This document shows positions 7,827 through 14,661 of a DNA stretch of 63,537 nt, one piece after another. The first letter of the stretch is position 1, and the number at the start of each line of letters is the position of its first letter. The stretch spans positions 1 to 63,537 of the forward strand of contig CACLRL010000005.1 of the NCBI GenBank assembly GCA_902609285.1, written 5' to 3'. Source of the DNA: an uncultured Candidatus Actinomarina sp. (GTDB lineage Bacteria; Actinomycetota; Acidimicrobiia; Actinomarinales; Actinomarinaceae). The notes under the pieces were generated by a model that had not been told where the DNA came from, made no database searches, and saw only the letters and a program-made list of their open reading frames with translations. The translations under genes were made by a program, and so were the position numbers.

Positions 7827-9668
7827 GTGGGGAAAAGAATAGATAAATCGTTTAATATAATATTTTCGAGTTTGTATCCAAATTTTGACCAGGAAGAAAT
7901 AAAAAACTCGAAAAAGTATTTTGATTTTATCATTGAAAATTTTCCAGACAGATCTGAAATTATTCAATTGAAAGGCTTCTTCTTTATATTTTCTTTTGGA
8001 TTGAGAAAACTTTTTATAAAGGACTCAAATATTCCAGAATTTGTAAAAAATTTACAAAGTTCTAATTTATCAATATTAAGAAAGCTAGGTTCTGGAATCA
8101 CAGCATTATTTGGTTTAAGTACTGCTAGATCTCTCAATGGTGAAGGATCAGTTTATAAATACCTTGATTACCCAATCTATAAAAATACAACAATTGAAAA
8201 GAAAGACGTATCTATTCCGAAAAGTATAGAAGTAGCAGTAATTGGTAGCGGCTCAGGTGGCGGTGTCGCAGCTAATGTACTCAATGAAAAATATGAGGTA
8301 GGTATATTCGAAAAAGGTAGTTATGGAAACGGTGAGACAAATAATGAAACATTTGGGTACCACAACTTTTATGACACGAATGGAATACAACAAACTAGAG
8401 GATATAAGGTCTTGCTTTTAGCTGGAATGGGAATTGGAGGAGGTACCAGTGTAAATTGGACAACCTCTCTAAAAACACCTGACAAAATATTAGATGAATG
8501 GGATTCACTTACAAGACAAAACAACTATTTCAATTCAAGTGAATTTAAGAGCAGCATGGATTATGTATGCAAAGAATTAAATGTTGATGTAGAAAATAAT
8601 CGAGTACCACAAAAAGAAGTTAAATTGGCTGAGGGCATAGAGCTCAATGATTTGAGTTATAAAATTATTCCTAGAAATACAAGTAATGCAGATTGTACAG
8701 AATCTGGTTTTAGTACATTTGGTCGTTATGACGAAAGTATCAACTCGACAAATAAAATTTGGTTCTCAGAAGATAAATTTGAACCTGAAAATGTGTTCAG
8801 TGATACCAACATCAAAAGTCTTGATATATCAAATGGAAAAGCAACACACATTAATGTTGAAAATAATGGCACATTACATAAAGTGTTGGTTGATAAAGTC
8901 ATACTTGCGGCTGGTTCCCTAAACACTCCTAAAATTCTCCTTGATAGTGGATATAAAAATAAACAACTTGGTCACAATTTAAAACTTCATCCCGTTTCAG
9001 GTGTTGCAGGTAAGTTCTCAGAAGAGCAAAAACCATGGGCAGGAACAATGCAGGGAATCTATTCAGATGACAATTTGTTTAGGAAAGACAATTATGGATA
9101 TCTTTTGGAAGGCCTACCGATGCATCCAAGTCTTTTCTTTCCGTTTTTTCCAAATAATAATGATAAATTTGATGATTTTATTGAAAGTTATAAGTATTGG
9201 TCTGGAGGAATTGTTCTTACCTCAGATACAAGTTCTGGTTCGATAATTAATAAAAACCCTCAACACTTATGGGATTATAATTTAAACGATTTTGATCATG
9301 ACAATTTGATGCATGGAATGGAAAGCCTTGTTAGAGCAAATTATTTAGCGGGTGCAGAAGAGATTATGGTTGCAACTTCACCAACAATGCATTGGAAAAA
9401 ATCATCAAATGAAGATATTGAAGAATTCTTGAATAAGGTGAAAGCTATTAAAAATCAACCTTTCCGAATGCTACTTGGATCAGCACATCAAATGGGTACG
9501 GCAAGAATGAATCCTAATCCAAAATTAGGTGTCACAGACTTAAATGGTAAGGTTCATGGATTAGATAATGTGTATATTGTTGATTCTTCTATATTTCCAA
9601 GATGCTCAGGAGTGAATCCAATGGTAACAATACAATCGACTAGTCACTTCTTGATGTCTCAACTTTAA
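7827..9668 (+). CDS. GMC-family FAD oxidoreductase, long-chain alcohol oxidase-like
   Basis: GTG start. It has the Rossmann motif VIGSGSGGGVAA, a C-terminal GMC signature (HQMGTARM..GVTD..GKVHGLDNVYIVDSSIFP..GVNPM) and an N-terminal extension upstream of the Rossmann fold. Confidence 0.8.
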   Translation: MGKRIDKSFNIIFSSLYPNFDQEEIKNSKKYFDFIIENFPDRSEIIQLKGFFFIFSFGLRKLFIKDSNIPEFVKNLQSSNLSILRKLGSGITALFGLSTARSLNGEGSVYKYLDYPIYKNTTIEKKDVSIPKSIEVAVIGSGSGGGVAANVLNEKYEVGIFEKGSYGNGETNNETFGYHNFYDTNGIQQTRGYKVLLLAGMGIGGGTSVNWTTSLKTPDKILDEWDSLTRQNNYFNSSEFKSSMDYVCKELNVDVENNRVPQKEVKLAEGIELNDLSYKIIPRNTSNADCTESGFSTFGRYDESINSTNKIWFSEDKFEPENVFSDTNIKSLDISNGKATHINVENNGTLHKVLVDKVILAAGSLNTPKILLDSGYKNKQLGHNLKLHPVSGVAGKFSEEQKPWAGTMQGIYSDDNLFRKDNYGYLLEGLPMHPSLFFPFFPNNNDKFDDFIESYKYWSGGIVLTSDTSSGSIINKNPQHLWDYNLNDFDHDNLMHGMESLVRANYLAGAEEIMVATSPTMHWKKSSNEDIEEFLNKVKAIKNQPFRMLLGSAHQMGTARMNPNPKLGVTDLNGKVHGLDNVYIVDSSIFPRCSGVNPMVTIQSTSHFLMSQL

Positions 9669-9669
9669 A

Positions 9670-10173
9670 TTATGGATATTTTCTTTCAGGAGAAAAATAT
9701 TCTCTTGCAGCATCCTGACCTAAATCTATAAATAAACCATCTGACTCAACATGTATAATCTCTTCAGATTGAATAACAGATTCTGTATAAACTTTTTTTC
9801 CATCAATATTTTTAACCCATGCATAAATTTCAAATTCTTTTTCAACTGGTGAGGGCGCTCTAAAATTTACATTAAGATTTGCTGTAACGCAAAATAAATT
9901 CTGAGTAAAAGTTGCATATCCCATCATTTCATCTAAAACCGTAGAAAGAATTCCTCCATGTACCAGGCCTGGTCCACCTTCAAAGCTTTTATCAAATACA
10001 TATTTTGCATATATTTTTCTATCTTTAATTACAGGAACCATTTTCATACCCCTTAAATTTTCAACACCACTAACAAATGATGAATCTGGGTATAAATCTT
10101 GTAGTACAGTGCCATCTGCCCAACCAGAACTTGTAATTTCTAAATTGTCTCCAGTTATATATTTGTAATTCAT
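9670..10173 (-). CDS. PaaI-family hotdog-fold thioesterase
   Basis: Carries the GLVHGGILSTVLDEMMG motif. Its start overlaps the stop of the upstream translin-family ORF by 4 nt (10170-10173). Confidence 0.7.
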   Translation of the reverse strand: MNYKYITGDNLEITSSGWADGTVLQDLYPDSSFVSGVENLRGMKMVPVIKDRKIYAKYVFDKSFEGGPGLVHGGILSTVLDEMMGYATFTQNLFCVTANLNVNFRAPSPVEKEFEIYAWVKNIDGKKVYTESVIQSEEIIHVESDGLFIDLGQDAAREYFSPERKYP

Positions 10174-10787
10174 TTCTTATCTTTTAATTCTTTACGTAAT
10201 GATTCACTAACTATAGCATTTGTGAGATCTGAGCGTGTTCTCTCGATGATCGCTCTTGCTGTGTCAGCATAGCGTCTTAAACCTCCAGTAAGAGCATCTG
10301 GATAGTCAAGTTCATTAAAGATCTCCATGGAGGACTCCATTACTTTCAAATACTTCTCCCCTTCTTCTATTTCAAGTTTTCTTAATTTATCAAGCACTTT
10401 TCTTCTCCACTCTCCAATGGCATCACCAAGTCCTTGTATATAATTTGAAGCTGAAAAATTCATTGTAGAAAATTCGAGAAGTATATTATTTTTTTCAAAC
10501 TCGTAGACTAAAAATGCTTCAATTAGTTCCCTCTCAGAATCATTGACGTATCCTGCAAAACGTAACTCGGGAATATCTTTAAGTGAAGTTTGTAATTTTT
10601 TATAGTTATTATTTGCTTCATCTAAATGCGTTTTAGCCTCAGCTAAATCATTTCTATGAACATTTCGTATAGATTTAGAACAAGATTTGATAATTTCTCT
10701 GGAGAGTTTTAAGGACTGTTCTCTAATCTCATTTAATTTATCGAACTCTTTAACGAGACTATTTGTAATCTGCTCAGGTGATTTCAA
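10170..10787 (-). CDS. Translin-family protein
   Basis: All-helical 205 aa protein with YIQGLGDAIGEWRRKVLDKLRK..YPDALTGGLRRYADTARAIIERTRSDL, which matches the archaeal/eukaryotic translin (C3PO) core pattern. Confidence 0.65.
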   Translation of the reverse strand: MKSPEQITNSLVKEFDKLNEIREQSLKLSREIIKSCSKSIRNVHRNDLAEAKTHLDEANNNYKKLQTSLKDIPELRFAGYVNDSERELIEAFLVYEFEKNNILLEFSTMNFSASNYIQGLGDAIGEWRRKVLDKLRKLEIEEGEKYLKVMESSMEIFNELDYPDALTGGLRRYADTARAIIERTRSDLTNAIVSESLRKELKDKK

Positions 10788-10790
10788 GTT

Positions 10791-11168
10791 TTAAACAGCT
10801 TCTTTGTAGTAGCTTTCTTCCTCTACCTTTTTCATTTCTTCTTGATTTCCAAGACTTAAGTTATTTTGCATTTGCATAGATCTTCTTACTTGAAACGAAA
10901 GAAATGCATAAACGCCAAAGATAACATCAAATATTAGGTGAGCTATAAAAATTGGAACAGACATGGTTTGAATTGATACGAAAAAAGTTGAAATTGCTAT
11001 CAAACCTAGAACCAAATAACCTCTTCTCTGTTTGTTAACCATAAAATCATATTCACGAGAGATCATAAACGAGTAATTTCTTTGATTTTTTGAAATTTGT
11101 ACTTCAGGAAGGATTACCGCCATCGAAAGCGATAATAATAAACCTATTAAAACTAATGTTGAACTCAT
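10791..11168 (-). CDS. Hypothetical membrane protein (about 3 TM helices)
   Basis: 125 aa ORF with hydrophobic segments. I recognise no family. Confidence 0.4.
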   Translation of the reverse strand: MSSTLVLIGLLLSLSMAVILPEVQISKNQRNYSFMISREYDFMVNKQRRGYLVLGLIAISTFFVSIQTMSVPIFIAHLIFDVIFGVYAFLSFQVRRSMQMQNNLSLGNQEEMKKVEEESYYKEAV

Positions 11169-11229
11169 AGCCCTGCCTCAACTATTCTTAAAAATATATT
11201 ACAACAAAATAAATTATTATTCTTGAAAT

Positions 11230-11829
11230 CTAAAATTTATTCTCGTCACCTTTTGATAGTCTTGAAAGATTTTCCCGATGTTGATAGAAAATTAAAACGA
11301 CAATTAGAATCTGAGACGCTGTGATTAACGCTGTACTTTCTTGAAAAATGATATAAAGTGAACCAACTGTACAAGTAATCAGACTAGATATTGCTGAAAT
11401 CCTAAAAATATAGAATATTCCGAAATAAAGCACAACAAATCCCAGAATAAAGAAAAACTGCCAAAATAGAATAGCCAAATCTGGTGCAAGAAAAATTATA
11501 TAACCTACAACAGTCCCTAAATAAGTAGCTACTCCTTTTCCACCTTTAAATTTATAAAAAATCGGAAAACAATGACCTACCACAGCCATAACGCCATAAA
11601 TAATACTCTCTGTTTGTATTCCAAAAAGGAGAAATGGCACTACTCCCTTAAATAAATCTCCCAATAAAACAACAATTGCATAATTTTTACCAAGTGCGCG
11701 TAAAACGTTGGATGAGCCAGGATTACCACTACCTATTTCTTGAATATTGATTTTTTTGTATTTTGCAACAAGGTATGCAAAATTGATTGAACCAATCAAA
11801 TAACAAAAAATAACTGCAACAATATTCAT
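11230..11829 (-). CDS. plsY: Glycerol-3-phosphate acyltransferase PlsY
   Basis: GSGNPGSSNVLRALGK and KGGKGVAT motifs in a polytopic 199 aa protein. Confidence 0.9.
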   Translation of the reverse strand: MNIVAVIFCYLIGSINFAYLVAKYKKINIQEIGSGNPGSSNVLRALGKNYAIVVLLGDLFKGVVPFLLFGIQTESIIYGVMAVVGHCFPIFYKFKGGKGVATYLGTVVGYIIFLAPDLAILFWQFFFILGFVVLYFGIFYIFRISAISSLITCTVGSLYIIFQESTALITASQILIVVLIFYQHRENLSRLSKGDENKF

Positions 11830-11909
11830 GATTAGATTCTACCGATTTAAATTAAATTAAGTTTTTATTCCATTAAGGTATTTTTAATTTATTGTGGTAT
11901 TTGAGATAA

Positions 11910-12059
11910 ATGATCATTGATAACTGTAACAAAAAGAGATTTAAGTCTGAAAACGAGGCCAGAAAAGAACGTGGGTGGGCTGAATCAGAATATAATCAAC
12001 GATTCAATATTTATAAATGTAGTGATTGCAACGACTGGCATTTAGCTAGTATAAAATAG
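11910..12059 (+). CDS. Small (49 aa) zinc-ribbon-like protein, not in the ORF track
   Basis: ATG at 11910 to TAG at 12057-12059 translates to MIIDNCNKKRFKSENEARKERGWAESEYNQRFNIYKCSDCNDWHLASIK, with a C-x..-CxxC-x2-WH pattern. Its stop abuts the uppP ATG at 12060. Confidence 0.4.
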   Translation: MIIDNCNKKRFKSENEARKERGWAESEYNQRFNIYKCSDCNDWHLASIK

Positions 12060-12815
12060 ATGCTTGATTTTTTTACTGGCGTATTACAGGGGATAACAGA
12101 ATTCTTACCAATTTCTTCAAGCGGTCATTTAGTAATATTGTCGTCTTTAAGCCAAGATATAAATTTAAATACAAATGATATTGCTTTTCTACATATTGGA
12201 ACACTATTTTCAATTTTGATATTTTATAGAAAAAGAATAAGAAAAATATTTGAAAGTACTGAAACTTTTTTATTTTTTCTACAAGTTGTAGTTGTTGGTG
12301 TGATGCCAGCAGCTTTAGTTGGTTTCTTTAGTCCGATCCAGAACACCATAGATGAGAGTCCCCAGATTCTTTTAATAACAGGAATCTCATACCTCCTATT
12401 CTCAATACTTTTAATATTCTCAGAAAAAATTAATAACAAAGATACGTTTTCAATTACAGAGTTGACCGTAAATAATGCATTTCTAATTGGATTGGCTCAA
12501 TCCTTTGCTTTACTTCCTGGAGTATCCCGTTCCGGTGTCACATTAATTACTGCGATGTATCTTGGGATGAAGAAAGCAGATGCGATTTACTTTTCTTTAC
12601 TTCTTGGCATTCCAACAATTTTTGGTGCTTGGGGACTAACGTTTGTGACTCAATCTTATGAACTTAATTCAGGAATTATTTTTCCAACGATGGTTGCAAT
12701 GATAACTGGACTAGTTGCAATAAAACTCCTTGTGGATTTCACAACAAATTCTAAACTTCAATATTTTGGATACTACTGTCTTTTACTCGGAATTATTTGT
12801 TTAATAATTAATTAA
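12060..12815 (+). CDS. uppP: Undecaprenyl-diphosphate phosphatase
   Basis: GITEFLPISSSGHL and PGVSRSG motifs of the BacA/UppP family. Confidence 0.9.
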   Translation: MLDFFTGVLQGITEFLPISSSGHLVILSSLSQDINLNTNDIAFLHIGTLFSILIFYRKRIRKIFESTETFLFFLQVVVVGVMPAALVGFFSPIQNTIDESPQILLITGISYLLFSILLIFSEKINNKDTFSITELTVNNAFLIGLAQSFALLPGVSRSGVTLITAMYLGMKKADAIYFSLLLGIPTIFGAWGLTFVTQSYELNSGIIFPTMVAMITGLVAIKLLVDFTTNSKLQYFGYYCLLLGIICLIIN

Positions 12816-13857
12816 TTTTTAAATTTATAGGTTTTTTCTTAGGAGCAATATTGTTAATTGCATTCACCATATTTTCAATGACTGAAAAATTTTCATCAGA
12901 TGCAAATTCAACCAAATTGCCACTTTCTGAATATTCAGATACGTTGTTGTAGAGAGGAAGAGATCCTATAAAATCTACATCTAGTCTTTTGGAAAGCTCT
13001 TCTCCCCCGCCTTGTCCAAAAGGAAATAATTTTTCTTTGCCATTTTCTAAATATGACATATTTTCAATAACTCCAATAATGCTTGAATTGACTTTTTGTG
13101 ACATTATTCCAGCCCTCTCAGCTACTGCAGTTGCATTATTTTGAGGTGTAGTAACAATAATTGTTTCATAAAAATTTAAAAATTGAGATAATGATATTGA
13201 AACATCCCCTGTTCCAGGCGGCATATCAATTAATAATATATCAATATCTTGCCATAAGACTTCATACAAAAACTGTTCTATTGCTTTGTGGAGCATTGGT
13301 CCTCTCCAAATTACAGCTTCATCCTGTTTAACAAAATATTCCATTGAAATTACATTTAAGCCATTTATTTTTGATGGAAAAATTCTATTGTTAAAAGGAA
13401 TTGGTGGAAATTTAGCACCAAGCATTTTGGGTATTGAATAGCCCCAAATATCAGCATCTAATATGCCTACTTTCTTTCCTTGCTTTGCGAAACCCATGCC
13501 AATCAATGATGAGATTGTTGACTTCCCTACTCCACCTTTTCCAGAGGAAATACCAATTATTCGTTTACCTACGTTGAAGTTTTTCTTTACATCTTCAATA
13601 GATAGATCTGCATTGACCAACTTGCTCGCTGAAGCCATATCATCAGTTGTTGGCTCTATAAATTTCAAAGGAACAGAGCTATCTATCTCTTTGATCATTT
13701 CAGTAACAGCAGATTGGACCCAATCAATATTGAAATAATCAAAAACCTCTAACTCGTTATTCTTGTTTACATTGAAACAACCAAGTTCCTCAAAGGTTTT
13801 ATTGAATCCTGGATAAATAACATTTTCAAATTTCATACTTATGTATTTTATGTTCAA
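12808..13857 (-). CDS. apbC: Mrp/NBP35-family Fe-S cluster carrier ATPase
   Basis: Deviant Walker A SGKGGVGKST and DMPPGTGD, with a C-terminal Mrp signature. Confidence 0.85.
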   Translation of the reverse strand: MNIKYISMKFENVIYPGFNKTFEELGCFNVNKNNELEVFDYFNIDWVQSAVTEMIKEIDSSVPLKFIEPTTDDMASASKLVNADLSIEDVKKNFNVGKRIIGISSGKGGVGKSTISSLIGMGFAKQGKKVGILDADIWGYSIPKMLGAKFPPIPFNNRIFPSKINGLNVISMEYFVKQDEAVIWRGPMLHKAIEQFLYEVLWQDIDILLIDMPPGTGDVSISLSQFLNFYETIIVTTPQNNATAVAERAGIMSQKVNSSIIGVIENMSYLENGKEKLFPFGQGGGEELSKRLDVDFIGSLPLYNNVSEYSESGNLVEFASDENFSVIENMVNAINNIAPKKKPINLKIN

Positions 13858-13877
13858 TTCTTTATTAAATTGAAATT

Positions 13878-14369
13878 ATGTTGAAAAGAAATTTTATCTT
13901 AATTGCATTGATAGTCCTGGTTGGAGTTGTTTCACTATTTTTTGATAATGAAACTGTCGATGAAGAGATTCTCCCAAGCAATCAAAAAATTGATTTATCG
14001 AATATTAATGAAGTTTTAGATACTAATTTTCAAATTGCAGAAGAGTCGTATGTGATTATTAATCTCTGGGCTACGTGGTGTACTCCATGTATAGAAGAAG
14101 TAGGATACCTCCAAGAATTACACGATACTGGGAACTTCTATGTCATAGGTTTATTAGTTGATGATTCAGAAACTAATGCCAAGGAGTTTATCCTTGAACA
14201 AAATCTAACTTATCAGAATGTATTGTCACAGGATAAAATTGAATCTTTCATTACTCAATTTTTTTGGAGTGGCATACCCACCACCCTTTTGTTAGATCCA
14301 AATTTTGAGGTATTGCATACATTTAATGGTCCAGTTACATACGAAATGATTCTTGATTACGTAAGTTAA
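13878..14369 (+). CDS. TlpA/ResA-like membrane-anchored thiol:disulfide oxidoreductase
   Basis: N-terminal TM helix followed by a thioredoxin fold with WATWCTPC. Confidence 0.75.
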   Translation: MLKRNFILIALIVLVGVVSLFFDNETVDEEILPSNQKIDLSNINEVLDTNFQIAEESYVIINLWATWCTPCIEEVGYLQELHDTGNFYVIGLLVDDSETNAKEFILEQNLTYQNVLSQDKIESFITQFFWSGIPTTLLLDPNFEVLHTFNGPVTYEMILDYVS

Positions 14370-14400
14370 TACAAAAATAGTTTCTGCGTATAATAAGTTT

Positions 14401-14538
14401 ATGGATGCAATATTAATTTGGAGAATTGTTTTGATTCTAGGAACTCTTAGCTTTTTAGGAGCTATGGGATTGTTTACTTTAAAATTAATTGCCGCCTCAA
14501 CCGGTAGAAAACGTTTAATAGATCTATTTATTAGATAG
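14401..14538 (+). CDS. Possible 45 aa hydrophobic micro-protein, not in the ORF track
   Basis: ATG at 14401 to TAG at 14536-14538 translates to MDAILIWRIVLILGTLSFLGAMGLFTLKLIAASTGRKRLIDLFIR. It has one TM helix plus a basic tail and no clear SD. Confidence 0.25.
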   Translation: MDAILIWRIVLILGTLSFLGAMGLFTLKLIAASTGRKRLIDLFIR

Positions 14539-14540
14539 CT

Positions 14541-14617
14541 TGGTAGCGGGGGTAGGATTTGAACCTACGACCTCTGGGTTATGAGCCCAGCGAGCTACCA
14601 GACTGCTCCACCCCGCG
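14541..14617 (-). tRNA. tRNA-Met (CAT), initiator type, with encoded CCA
   Basis: The reverse complement folds as a 77 nt cloverleaf: acceptor CGCGGGG, D stem GAGC/GCTC, anticodon stem CTGGG/CCCAG with loop CTCATAA, T arm GTAGG-TTCAAAT-CCTAC, then ACCA. The three G:C pairs next to the anticodon loop and a C1/U72 mismatch indicate an initiator. Confidence 0.9.
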
Positions 14618-14661
14618 CTGAATACCAATAGTAATTAAGAAATTATTTTTCTCAAGGTTTT

